Counted from the stretch's first letter, positions 19,346 through 29,839 are shown. The stretch: DNA of 64,000 nucleotides from an uncultured Desulfovibrio sp. (GCA_900547595.1 URHE01000004.1:1573-65572); one strand, 5' to 3'. Notes: a model not told the origin generated them from the sequence alone. A program made the numbers and translations.

Positions 19346-20188
19346 TCACCGCAGGGCCGAGAGGATGGCGTCGGCCGAAACCTTGCCCAGGGGCTTGCCG
19401 TCCACAATGACGGCCGGAAGTCCGCTCACGCCGTAGTAGCGGCAAAGCTGTGTGGTCTGGTACATGTTCACGTTGCCCGCGTTGTAGCAGTATCTCGCCA
19501 CATCCAGCTCGTCCGCTGCGGGGACCGGGGGGCGCAGCCGGGAAAGATAGCCGTAATGGATGGGATAGTCCGTGGCGTTCGCCGTGGCATCGTACTCGTT
19601 TTTGAACGTCCTGACGTTTCCGGCGCGGCGCTGGGCGGCCTTGACCTCATTCCAGCGGTCGAGGGCGTAGGTGAGATAGGCCATGGCCTGTCCGGGCCGG
19701 AACTGCGCGATCCAGATGGCAAGCCCCAGAAGGTCCGTGCCGTAATTTTCCGTGCTGTTGCCGAAAACGACGATCTTGCATTGCTGCGGTGAAAGGGAGT
19801 GGCTGGCCTTGACCACCGCTTTCCAGACCTCGGCGCTTCTGGGCGAGGAAAAGTTCAACAGGACAAGTATTTCGTGCGGAGCCGTCCGTTCACCAAAAAC
19901 CACGGGATAGATCTCGTTGCGCCAGTTCTTGCGATGGGCCGCTTCACCTTCGATGGTCGGCACCGCGCCCCCAAGGGCGCCCAGCATTTGCTGACCTTCC
20001 GCGCTGAGTTCCCGCGTATTGGGCAGCCTTGTCTGCATATAGGGGTTGAAGGCATTGGCGCCACCGCCTGGGGCGGCGCCCGAAAGCGCCGCCTGTTCCG
20101 GAGCCGCGTTGCTTCCTTCCCGGTCGGTGGCGGCGCATCCCAGAAGCAGAAGCGCCATCATGAGTGTCGGCACAAGTCTTGCGTGCAT
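19346..20188 (-). CDS. Lipoprotein with DsbA/thioredoxin-like fold lacking CxxC
   Basis: Lipobox LLLGC; PVVFGERTAPHEILVLLNFSSPRS and YGVSGLPAVIVDGK resemble the DsbA-family N- and C-terminal signatures. Alternative GTG start at 20215. Confidence 0.6.
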   Translation of the reverse strand: MHARLVPTLMMALLLLGCAATDREGSNAAPEQAALSGAAPGGGANAFNPYMQTRLPNTRELSAEGQQMLGALGGAVPTIEGEAAHRKNWRNEIYPVVFGERTAPHEILVLLNFSSPRSAEVWKAVVKASHSLSPQQCKIVVFGNSTENYGTDLLGLAIWIAQFRPGQAMAYLTYALDRWNEVKAAQRRAGNVRTFKNEYDATANATDYPIHYGYLSRLRPPVPAADELDVARYCYNAGNVNMYQTTQLCRYYGVSGLPAVIVDGKPLGKVSADAILSALR

Positions 20189-20211
20189 CTTCTCCCTCGT
20201 TGCTGAACTGT

Positions 20212-21003
20212 TCACGACATGATGTCGCCGTCTGTCGCCTCGGCTGCGGCTGTTTCAAGGTGACGCAGCCATATTTCGGCTATGCCCGGATATTCAGCCA
20301 TGCCCCTGAGCACGGGCAGACACAGACGGTTTTCTCTCTCGATGCGCGAGCGCCATGATTGCGCGCCCTCTCCGGCCATGTCGCGCAGGGCATGCTGTCC
20401 CACCACGGAAAGCAGGGGCATGAGCCAGACCCGCGCCGACGAAAGCCGGGGCAAAATATATTCCAGCGCCATGGCGCCGCCCATGGTGCCCACATGGACA
20501 CGGGCATCCAGTGCCTCAAGTGCCAGCGCGAGGTCGGCATAGCGGGCCGCGGCCGCATGCCGCGCGCCGTGGCCCATGAGCACCACATCCTCGTCGGGCT
20601 GCCGGGCTGAGGGCAAATGCCGCGCCAACGCCCGCGCCGCATCCTCCACATCAGACGGTGCGGCCAGGAGCGGCGCGCCCACCCGGCACCGCATGCCGGG
20701 CGCCTGATCCGCCTCGGCGGCAGCGGCGCACACTTCCTCGTGTTCCGCTCCGGCGATGGTTTGCAAGGGTTGCAACGCCACCTGGGTGAAACGTTCAAAA
20801 CGAAGCCGCCGCAACGCCTTGCGGACGGAATCACTTTTCTGGCGCGCCCGCGCCAGACGTTCGCGCACCAGAGGCGAGGTGAACGCCCAGCGCACGGACC
20901 AGCCCGCGAAACGGGCACGCACCATGCCGTCAAAAGCCTGCAACGCCTGACGGCCCTGGGGGGTGCCCGCGCCGAACGCCACCAGAAGAATCGCCCTTCT
21001 CAT
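20212..21003 (-). CDS. cbiK: Sirohydrochlorin cobaltochelatase (cytoplasmic CbiK type)
   Basis: AILLVAFG, RWAFTS, VLMGHG and VVGQHALRDMAG (two chelatase His residues); no signal peptide. Confidence 0.88.
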   Translation of the reverse strand: MRRAILLVAFGAGTPQGRQALQAFDGMVRARFAGWSVRWAFTSPLVRERLARARQKSDSVRKALRRLRFERFTQVALQPLQTIAGAEHEEVCAAAAEADQAPGMRCRVGAPLLAAPSDVEDAARALARHLPSARQPDEDVVLMGHGARHAAAARYADLALALEALDARVHVGTMGGAMALEYILPRLSSARVWLMPLLSVVGQHALRDMAGEGAQSWRSRIERENRLCLPVLRGMAEYPGIAEIWLRHLETAAAEATDGDIMS

Positions 21004-21190
21004 GCCGTTTCTTTGTACGTCACTTGCCGGTTGGCCGCAAGCCACGCCGAGCGCCCGGCATGCGCTGGATGGCCGGGATACCCCGGCTGACGCGTCTTTC
21101 CGTGTTGACCAGCTTTTTCCTTGGCGCTAGAGTCGCGCCAGATACCAGAGGCGTGCAGTGCATGGCCGCGACGGCAGCAGGAGGTCAGGT

Positions 21191-22072
21191 ATGGCGAAGG
21201 CATTGGTTCTTGGCGGAACCACCGGCCTTGTGGGACAGGCTCTGGCGCGGACGCTCGCGGCCGCTGGCTGGGAAACGCGGACGTTCAGCCGCACGGAAGG
21301 CAATCTTCTCGATCTGGACTTTCTGCGCGGACTGCTGGAAGCGAGTGGCGCCGATGTCGTCTTTAACGCGCTTGGCTGGACGCGCGTCGATGCCGCCGAA
21401 GAGCATCCCGAGGAGGCCCTGCTCGCCAACCGGACGCTTCCGGACGCGCTGGCCCGGACGCTGGCCGCGATGGGCCATGGGCATCTGGTGCATTTCAGCA
21501 CGGATTTTGTTTTTTCCGGCCCGCATGACGGCCCGTGGCGTGAAACGGACACTCCGGCGCCTCTCAGCGTCTATGGGCGCACCAAACTCGCCGGTGAGGA
21601 GGCCGTCCTGAATGCCTTGCCGGACAGAAGCTGCATCGTGCGCACGGCCTGGCTGTTTGGCCCGGGCCGTTCAAATTTCGTGGATGTCATCCTTGAGGCA
21701 TGCCGCAGGCGCGATACCGTGAGCGTGGTGCACGATCAGGCAGGCTCGCCCACCTATACGCTGGATCTTGCCCAATGGTGCGAAAAACTTGCGCGGGCGC
21801 GGGCCATTGGCATCTGGCACGCTGTCAACAGCGGCGTGGCAAGCTGGTGCGAGCTTGCCAGCGAGGCCATTGCCCTCACCTCCGGACCGTGCCGGGTGGA
21901 ACCCATTCCCGCCGCGGACTGGCCGCAGGCTGCGCAACGCCCCGCCAATTCGGCGCTGGATAATGGCAAATTGGCGGAATTTCTCGGGGAAAAGCCGCGC
22001 CCCTGGCCCAGGGCCCTGCGTGAATATCTGTTTGGTGAATACCTTCAGGACCGGGGGGGGAACGGGCGTTGA
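21191..22072 (+). CDS. rfbD: dTDP-4-dehydrorhamnose reductase
   Basis: GGTTGLVG Rossmann motif, HFSTDFVF, YGRTKLAGE, DQAGSPTY and RPANSAL. Confidence 0.92.
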   Translation: MAKALVLGGTTGLVGQALARTLAAAGWETRTFSRTEGNLLDLDFLRGLLEASGADVVFNALGWTRVDAAEEHPEEALLANRTLPDALARTLAAMGHGHLVHFSTDFVFSGPHDGPWRETDTPAPLSVYGRTKLAGEEAVLNALPDRSCIVRTAWLFGPGRSNFVDVILEACRRRDTVSVVHDQAGSPTYTLDLAQWCEKLARARAIGIWHAVNSGVASWCELASEAIALTSGPCRVEPIPAADWPQAAQRPANSALDNGKLAEFLGEKPRPWPRALREYLFGEYLQDRGGNGR

Positions 22073-23298
22073 AGCGCTGCATCAGAAACCGCGCTGCCTG
22101 CAGCCTGCTCTGCGCCGTGGCCGTTCTGCTTGTGGCGGCGCGCGGCCCGGCTTTCGCCCGGCCACAAAATCTGGCCCAGCTTGCCGACATCACACGTTAT
22201 CTTGTTGATGTGCCCATGCCCGGGCCCATCACTTCGCTCTACCGGCCAAGATACAATACCGTTGCCGAGGCCGACCTCAAGATGACGCATGACGATGTCG
22301 CCTTTGTCGTGATGCTTCCCGGAGGGCCGCGCATCTATCCGCAGCGGTATCTTGTCTGGCATCAGGTAGTCAATGAACTCATCAATGACCATGCCTATGC
22401 CATCACCTATTGCCCCATTACGGGCACGCTCATGGCATATGATGCCTCCATGCAGGGACTCAACCTCATTTTTGATGTGGAGAGCCACAGCAGTTCGGAG
22501 GGGACTTCCGGGTTTCTCTATGACGGCAACAGCGTCCTGACGGACCGCAATTCCGGCAGCCTCTGGCTTCAGGAGACCGGCATGGCCTTTGACGGCCAGC
22601 TTCTTGGGCGCGGCATGCCGACGCTGCCGGTTTTCTGGACGACCTGGGGCGCCGCGAGCCGCGTTTTTCCCGACGCGCCGGTGCTCGCCAAACCATACGG
22701 CAAGCGTCCTTACGGGCGCGACCCTTACGGCAGCTATCTCAAGAAAGACACCTATTATGACAATGACATCCTGGCGTACCAGCCGCGTTGGCTGGACAGG
22801 CGCTTTCATCGTAAGACGCCCATGCTCTGTCTGGAATACGAAAACTTTCTGCTTGCCGTGGATATTGGCTACGTCAAAAAAAAGGGCGCGGTGAATTTTT
22901 TTCTCGGCCCCGCGCCGCTGCTGGCCGTCCATGACAAGCGTCTGGATGTCATACGCATCTACAGCCGCCAGATATGGGCCGATCCTTTCCTCTTTGTGAT
23001 GCGGGAAGGCAGGCTCATGGACCTCAATACCCGCAGCATCTGGGACACTGCCACCGGCAAGGCCACGGAAGGCAATATGCGCGGCGCTTCCATGAAAGAG
23101 TTTTTCGGGGTCTATTCCATGTGGTTCGCCTGGTACAGCCTCAATCCCGAGACCCTGGTCATCCCCGGCCCCGGTGAAGTTCCGGAGAACCTGCTCTCGC
23201 CCGAGGCGCCGGGGGTGGGGGATGCAGCGCCGGAGAACGAGCCCGGAAAAACGGAACATTCATTGCCCGGGGCGCCTCGTTGGGAACCAGCCCTGTAG
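22069..23298 (+). CDS. DUF3179-like exported protein
   Basis: Signal peptide; YP..YLVWHQVVN, ITYCPITGT, SGFLYDGNSVLTDRNSGSLWLQ..G and WFAW motifs; TTG start overlaps the rfbD stop. Confidence 0.75.
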   Translation: MKRCIRNRAACSLLCAVAVLLVAARGPAFARPQNLAQLADITRYLVDVPMPGPITSLYRPRYNTVAEADLKMTHDDVAFVVMLPGGPRIYPQRYLVWHQVVNELINDHAYAITYCPITGTLMAYDASMQGLNLIFDVESHSSSEGTSGFLYDGNSVLTDRNSGSLWLQETGMAFDGQLLGRGMPTLPVFWTTWGAASRVFPDAPVLAKPYGKRPYGRDPYGSYLKKDTYYDNDILAYQPRWLDRRFHRKTPMLCLEYENFLLAVDIGYVKKKGAVNFFLGPAPLLAVHDKRLDVIRIYSRQIWADPFLFVMREGRLMDLNTRSIWDTATGKATEGNMRGASMKEFFGVYSMWFAWYSLNPETLVIPGPGEVPENLLSPEAPGVGDAAPENEPGKTEHSLPGAPRWEPAL

Positions 23299-23384
23299 GA
23301 ATGGTGCGCGCGCCGCGCGAAAGGCCCGACGGTCGCGCTCCCACAGGGCGGCGAGCGCTTGCAAGCGGTGCGGTTTGCGGCTAA

Positions 23385-24791
<1,407 letters not shown>

Positions 24792-24805
24792 CTCTTCGGA
24801 TTCCG

Positions 24806-24850
24806 ATGGGCTGTTCACTCTCGCCGGAACGGGAAGGGTGGACAGCCCAT
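24806..24850 (+). terminator. Hairpin just after gdhA
   Basis: ATGGGCTGTTCAC...GTGGACAGCCCAT inverted repeat. Confidence 0.4.
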
Positions 24851-24978
24851 TGCCATCTTGTCCCTCCCGCGTGTTGTCAGCAGGAACGGAGCGGCCCCGC
24901 CGCCTCCGCGCCAGACCGTTTGAAATTGCGGCAACATGCCGCCCGCAACCATTCCGACCGGAATCTTGCTGGAACAAA

Positions 24979-25013
24979 AAGAATGCCAAGGTCTTTTGGA
25001 CGTTGGCATTCTT
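24979..25013 (-). terminator. Intrinsic terminator of the tRNA-Arg gene
   Basis: AAGAATGCCAA...TTGGCATTCTT stem with a T run on the minus strand, just 3' of the tRNA. Confidence 0.65.
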
Positions 25014-25028
25014 GACTGTACCCCAATA

Positions 25029-25105
25029 TGGTGCGCCCGGCAGGAATCGAACCTGCGGCCTACAGCTTAGGAGGCTGTCGCTCTATCCGACTGAGCTACG
25101 AGCGC
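25029..25105 (-). tRNA. tRNA-Arg (anticodon CCT), CCA encoded
   Basis: GCGCTCGTAGCTCAGTCGGATAGAGCGACAGCCTCCTAAGCTGTAGGCCGCAGGTTCGATTCCTGCCGGGCGCACCA folds as a cloverleaf; anticodon arm ACAGC-CTCCTAA-GCTGT. Confidence 0.97.
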
Positions 25106-25114
25106 GTGAGAGCA

Positions 25115-25143
25115 TTGGTAGGCTGTAAAGGTACGGCTGTCAA
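25115..25143 (-). promoter_or_regulatory. Sigma70 promoter of the tRNA-Arg gene
   Basis: Minus strand TTGACA-N17-TACCAA about 10 nt upstream of the tRNA 5' end. Confidence 0.6.
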
Positions 25144-25260
25144 GGGTTTTCTATTGCCGGAGACAGGCCGGCCCGCAATGGCCGCGTGTTGGCCGGACGG
25201 ATATGAAGCAATGCGGGGCCGGGTGGGCTCCTCTGCCGGAAGCGGTATTCCCGGGCGTCT

Positions 25261-25504
25261 TAGAGCATTTTGTGATTGAAAATATCCATTTTCAATGGCG
25301 GCGCCGTCCGCTATTTCACGTCCCGAACGCGGTCTGGATGCTGCGTCATCCGTTCGAACGCAGCGAGTTACGGATGACGACAGTAATTTGTTTTACCCAA
25401 AAGGACATCAAAGAAACTGCTGTTGCCATCCGTAAGCGGCAGAGCCGCCAACGGCTACCGCGTCTCCAGAGCGGTTTGGCTACTCTCATTCCCAAACCGC
25501 CCTA
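25261..25504. repeat. Non-coding modular palindromic element (MITE/REP-like), copy 1
   Basis: Ends TAGAGC...GCCCTA; hairpins at 25275-25296, 25344-25379, 25368-25435 and 25471-25500; terminal 41 nt match 53528-53568 at 33/41. Confidence 0.6.
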
Positions 25505-25924
25505 CGTCTCATGTTCGTTGCGCGCGCCGGCGCGTGTTTTGCCGCCACCTTCCAGCCGCGCGAGAATCCGGTCATAATAGGGGTCGTGTTCTTCCAGCTG
25601 CAGGGAGCGTTCATGCCGCATGCGTGCGCGGAGTATCAGAAAGCGCAGCCGTTCCATCTGGCGCAGGCGTTCACGCTCGTCATCACAGGTTTCAAGCAGG
25701 TCGGCAAGCTTTTGGATATCTTTCCGTTCTTCAAGCTCCGGCGGAAGGCAATTGGCATTGCGCAGAATGGTATAGGCCATGCGAAGCTCTTCGGGCACAT
25801 GACTCATGTCGTCCAGCTGCAACGGACGTCCGGCGCCGGGGAGGTTGTCGAACTCGCCGCGTTCCAAGGCTTCCTGGATGCGTCGTTCGGCAATGGCCCC
25901 AAGGATCGATAGTTCTCCACTCAT
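25502..25924 (-). CDS. DUF1992 (DnaJ-family associated domain) protein
   Basis: IAERRIQEALERGEFDNLPGAGRPL...PEELRMAYTILRNANCLPPE signature; overlaps the mutS stop by 4 nt. Confidence 0.85.
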   Translation of the reverse strand: MSGELSILGAIAERRIQEALERGEFDNLPGAGRPLQLDDMSHVPEELRMAYTILRNANCLPPELEERKDIQKLADLLETCDDERERLRQMERLRFLILRARMRHERSLQLEEHDPYYDRILARLEGGGKTRAGARNEHET

Positions 25925-28665
25925 GCGTCACCGGCCGGAGGGACTGTGTTCCCTGTCTGATCCGTTCCCCAGCGGCGCTTCCAGTCCATCAGGAGCTTGA
26001 GCGCTTCCAGCGGGCTGAGTTCCTCCGGTTCCAGGTGTTCCAGAAGCTGGAGCAGGGGATGCGGGGGAACAGCTTCCGGCGCCGCCCGTGGAGGTCGGCC
26101 GACGCTCCCGGCGGCTTCCGCCGCAGGCGCCGGGTTCAGATCCATGCCCGGCAGCGTCAGCGAGGCGGCCACCAGATTCTTGCGTCCGGTTTCCCTGCTG
26201 CGCTCCAGGGCGGCCAGAATGGCCCGCGCGCGATGGACCACCGGTACGGGGACACCCGCGAGCCGCGCCACCTCAACGCCATAGCTCCTGTCTGACGGGC
26301 CCGGCACCAGCTTGTGCAGGAACAGAATATCGTTATTATGCTCGCGGATGGCGATATTCATGGTGAAAACACCGGGGATGCGCCCCTCCAGCGCCGTCAG
26401 CTCGTGATAGTGGGTGGCGAAAAGCGTCCGCAGTTCACCGCCGCCACGCGCCGCGAGGTCTTCCACCACCGCCCAGGCCAGGGCCATGCCGTCATAGGTG
26501 CTGGTGCCCCGGCCGATTTCGTCAAGGATGACGAGGCTGCGTTTCGTCGCCTGGCGCAGAATACGCGCCGTCTCCATCATCTCGACCATGAAGGTGCTCT
26601 GCCCGCGAGCCAGGTCATCCGAAGCCCCCACCCGTGAGAAGAGGCGATCCACAAGGCCGATGACGGCCTTTTCGGCAGGCACCATGGAACCCATTTGCGC
26701 AAGAAGGCAAATGAGCGCCACCTGCCGCAATACGGTGGATTTGCCCGCCATGTTCGGCCCGGTGAGCAGGCAGAGGCGGTGGCTGGCATTCAGGCGCAGG
26801 TCATTGGGCACAAAATTCGCGCTCCCGACCATGCTCTCGACCACCGGATGCCGCCCCTGCCGGATATCCAGCTCCGAGCCTTCGGTGAGAGTGGGACGGC
26901 GCCAGGCATTGCGGCGGCCGACCTCGGCCAGGCATTGCCAGTAGTCAAGATGCGCGAGCAGATCCGCCATGTGGACAAGACGTGCGCGCTGGTCGGCAAT
27001 GTGGGCGCGCAAATCCTGAAACATCTGGTATTCCAGACTTTTGCGCTTGTCAGCAGCGGAGAGCAGTTCCTCTTCAAGTGCCTTGAGTTCTTCGGTGGTA
27101 AACCGTTCGGCATTGACGAGCGTTTGGCGGCGGATGAAATGCGGCGGTGGCGGCCCGGAATATGCCGCGCGCGAAAGCTCGTAAAAGTAACCGAATACCC
27201 TGTTGTAACCCAGTTTCAGCCGCGTCAGGCCGGTTTTGCGCTGTTCTTCCTCCAGCAGGCGCTGGAGCTTTTGTTCGCCATGCTCCACGAGATCGAGCAG
27301 GGCGTCCAAATCCGCGTTGAAACCCTCCCGGAACAGCCCGCCATCCGTGATGACGGCGGGCGGACTGTCGACCAGGGCAGACTGGAGCAGGGCGGCGCAA
27401 TCCTCAAGATCGTCCCATGCCCTGAGAAGCTCGTAGAGGGGTTCGGGCAGGGACTCTCCCCTGCTCTGACTTTCCGTGAGATAGCGCCCATCCTCCGGGC
27501 GGATCAGCGTTGCCCGCACTGCGGGCAGGGCGGCGAGGCTTTCGCGCAGGGCGATGAAGTCCCTGGGGGAACTCCGGTTGAGGCAGATGCGCGTGGAAAG
27601 GCGCTCCAGATCATAGACCTTGTCCAGCGCGACGCGGAGCGCGGCCCGCAGTTCGTCGTTGTCGTGCAGGAACGCCACGGCCTCCTGGATGCGGCGGATG
27701 GGCGCGGCTTCACGCCAGGGGTGGCGAAGCATGTCTTCCAGAAAGCGGCCGCCCATGGGCGTCATGGTCATGTCAAGGGTATGCCGTAAGGTTCCCTTGC
27801 CCTTGTGGCCATTGAGGCGGACAAAAATTTCAAGATTGCGCTCGGTGATCTCATCCACCAGAAGGCGGCGTCCGAGATTGAGTGGCCGGAAGGGCATGAG
27901 ATGGTCCGGACTGCGCTTCTGGGTCTGATCCAGATAGGCAAGCAGGGCGCCGCAGGCGCGCATGAGGGTAGCCTTGCCCTCCAGCCCCAGAGCGGCGGCT
28001 TCGCGAACGCCCTGGGCCGCCAGCACCCGCTCCGTGGCGCGCTTGTTGTCGAAGTGCTGCGCCGGCATGCGGACCAGCCGGATATCCTCCAGAAGGCAAC
28101 GCGGCGGGACCTCCAGCCCCTCGGGCACCAGAAGCTCCCGCGGCGCGAGTTTCTGCGCCCATTGCCAGAGGTCCGCCTCTTTCCTGAATTCCACTCCCGA
28201 CCACTGCCCGGTGGAAACATCCGCCCAGGCAAAGGCGCTCCGCCCCAGGCCCGTATCGTGGCAGACGGCGCCAAGGTAATTATGGCTGCCCGCGCCAAGA
28301 TTGGCATCGTCCAGCACCGTGCCCGGCGTGAGAACGCAGGTGACCGCGCGTTTGACAATGCCCCTGGCGTCCCTGGGGTCTTCCACCTGATCGCAGATGG
28401 CCACGCGGTAACCCCGGTCCACCAGTTGCGCCATATAGCTCTGCGCGGCATGCCAGGGGACGCCGCACATGGGAATGGCATTCCCGCCTTCCTTGCCCCG
28501 GCTGGTCAGGGCAATCTGGAGTTCCCGCGAGGCTGTGGCGGCATCCTCAAAGAAAAGTTCATAAAAATCTCCCATGCGATACATGAGCAGGGCATCCGGG
28601 TACTCGGCCTTGATGCCCAGATACTGCTCAAGCATGGGGGTCAGTTTTGGCGGAAGTTCAGGCAT
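25921..28665 (-). CDS. mutS: DNA mismatch repair protein MutS
   Basis: TPMLEQY, YRMGDFYELF, TGPNMAGKST, STFMVEM, DEIGRGT and SYGVEVARLAG motifs. Confidence 0.97.
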   Translation of the reverse strand: MPELPPKLTPMLEQYLGIKAEYPDALLMYRMGDFYELFFEDAATASRELQIALTSRGKEGGNAIPMCGVPWHAAQSYMAQLVDRGYRVAICDQVEDPRDARGIVKRAVTCVLTPGTVLDDANLGAGSHNYLGAVCHDTGLGRSAFAWADVSTGQWSGVEFRKEADLWQWAQKLAPRELLVPEGLEVPPRCLLEDIRLVRMPAQHFDNKRATERVLAAQGVREAAALGLEGKATLMRACGALLAYLDQTQKRSPDHLMPFRPLNLGRRLLVDEITERNLEIFVRLNGHKGKGTLRHTLDMTMTPMGGRFLEDMLRHPWREAAPIRRIQEAVAFLHDNDELRAALRVALDKVYDLERLSTRICLNRSSPRDFIALRESLAALPAVRATLIRPEDGRYLTESQSRGESLPEPLYELLRAWDDLEDCAALLQSALVDSPPAVITDGGLFREGFNADLDALLDLVEHGEQKLQRLLEEEQRKTGLTRLKLGYNRVFGYFYELSRAAYSGPPPPHFIRRQTLVNAERFTTEELKALEEELLSAADKRKSLEYQMFQDLRAHIADQRARLVHMADLLAHLDYWQCLAEVGRRNAWRRPTLTEGSELDIRQGRHPVVESMVGSANFVPNDLRLNASHRLCLLTGPNMAGKSTVLRQVALICLLAQMGSMVPAEKAVIGLVDRLFSRVGASDDLARGQSTFMVEMMETARILRQATKRSLVILDEIGRGTSTYDGMALAWAVVEDLAARGGGELRTLFATHYHELTALEGRIPGVFTMNIAIREHNNDILFLHKLVPGPSDRSYGVEVARLAGVPVPVVHRARAILAALERSRETGRKNLVAASLTLPGMDLNPAPAAEAAGSVGRPPRAAPEAVPPHPLLQLLEHLEPEELSPLEALKLLMDWKRRWGTDQTGNTVPPAGDA

Positions 28666-28773
28666 GGCCCAAGCGCTGGCTGATCGGAAAGGAGGTGTTG
28701 GATTGCGTGCGGAGAGAGCTTCCCGCATGGGGGAATGCCGCGAACGGCCATTCCCCCATGCAGCCGGAAAAAA

Positions 28774-29217
28774 TCAGGCCCGGGAGTTGGCGGTTTCGCC
28801 GGATTCCTTGGGGGCAGCCGGGACGGCGGCAGGCGACGGCGCAACGGGCGCCGGGGCGGGATCTGCGGTTTTCTTGTGATGGAAGAGCGAGTGCTTCGCG
28901 CCGTCACCGCCAGCAATGTCCTTCTTGAGCCTGGCGAGTTCCTTTTCCAGCGAGGAAATATGCCAGCGGGATTTCACCAGTCTGGCCGAGGTATTGCACC
29001 TGTCCCAGAAAAGCAGCGCCAGCGAAAGGAGCGCCCCCACAAAGAAAGCCGCGATCACCAGGAAATAGAAGGGCAGCGGTATGGACGTCATGGGAGGGAT
29101 GAAGAAAAGATTCAGCGTCAGCTCAAGTTGCTGCGAAAGCGCGGTCTGGTTCTGGAAAAAGAACACCAGCGCCAGAAAAATGAGGAGGGCGAGCACAAGG
29201 GCCTTGATGTAGCGCAT
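28774..29217 (-). CDS. LapA-family small membrane protein
   Basis: TM helix-FFQN...TM helix-coiled coil architecture; AAGGAG SD. Confidence 0.7.
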   Translation of the reverse strand: MRYIKALVLALLIFLALVFFFQNQTALSQQLELTLNLFFIPPMTSIPLPFYFLVIAAFFVGALLSLALLFWDRCNTSARLVKSRWHISSLEKELARLKKDIAGGDGAKHSLFHHKKTADPAPAPVAPSPAAVPAAPKESGETANSRA

Positions 29218-29308
29218 ACGATTCTCCTTACAGCAGGAACTGACTCCGGTTTTTCCGGAACGCGGTTCCGCGAAGGGCCTGCGCCCGCGCGGCTCCCGGC
29301 CCCATGTT

Positions 29309-29839
29309 TTATTGGGCGGGTTGCCGCGCAGGGGAGCCATTCCCCGGCGCGCGCGACCCGGAAGCGCGAAAATGCGGCAAGAGTTCGGCATAGGTCCGGC
29401 AAAGATGCTCCGGCAGGGTGCGGACCTCATCCATAACCGCCATGAAGGAAGAATCGCCATTCCAGCGGGGAACCAGATGAAAATGCAGATGCTCGCGGAT
29501 GCCGGCGCCCGCGGCCTCGCCCTGGTTCAGCCCCACATTGAGGCCCTGACAGTTAAAGTGACACTTGAGGATCGTGGTGCAGCGTTGCAGAAGCTCCATG
29601 ATCTCGCGGGATTCGTCGTTCGTCAGGTCTTCAAGCGCCATGACATGCCGGTAGGGACACACCATGAGATGCCCGTTATTATACGGGAATTTGTTCATGA
29701 TGACGAAACTGGCCTTCCCACGATACAGCACCAGACGTTCGGCGTCTTCTTCCGTTCCTTCCGGCAGGCAGAAAACACATTCGTCGGGCTTGGGGCCAAG
29801 AATGTACTCGATACGCCAGGGTGCCCAGAGCTGTTTCAT
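29309..29839 (-). CDS. HIT family nucleotide hydrolase/transferase (Ap4A-acting type)
   Basis: LWAPWRIEY, CVFC, NKFPYNNGHLMV and the histidine triad HLHFHLVPRW. Confidence 0.9.
   Translation of the reverse strand: MKQLWAPWRIEYILGPKPDECVFCLPEGTEEDAERLVLYRGKASFVIMNKFPYNNGHLMVCPYRHVMALEDLTNDESREIMELLQRCTTILKCHFNCQGLNVGLNQGEAAGAGIREHLHFHLVPRWNGDSSFMAVMDEVRTLPEHLCRTYAELLPHFRASGSRAPGNGSPARQPAQ

Noticed and set aside
21004..21190. Cobalamin riboswitch upstream of cbiK
   Set aside because: This short divergent intergenic region has no recognisable B12-box or core motifs.
25275..25296. ATTGAAAAT-N4-ATTTTCAAT as a Fur box
   Set aside because: The half-sites resemble Fur sites but the spacer is 4 nt rather than 1, it is not upstream of an iron gene, and it lies inside the palindromic element.
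25261..25504. CRISPR array
   Set aside because: The repeats are inverted modules without regular direct-repeat/spacer periodicity, and there are no cas genes. The PD-(D/E)xK nuclease at 56841 is AddB-like, not Cas4.
25028..25577. Short ORFs 25028-25279 and 25203-25577
   Set aside because: They are translations of the tRNA antisense strand and the repeat element, with no SD or protein-like features.
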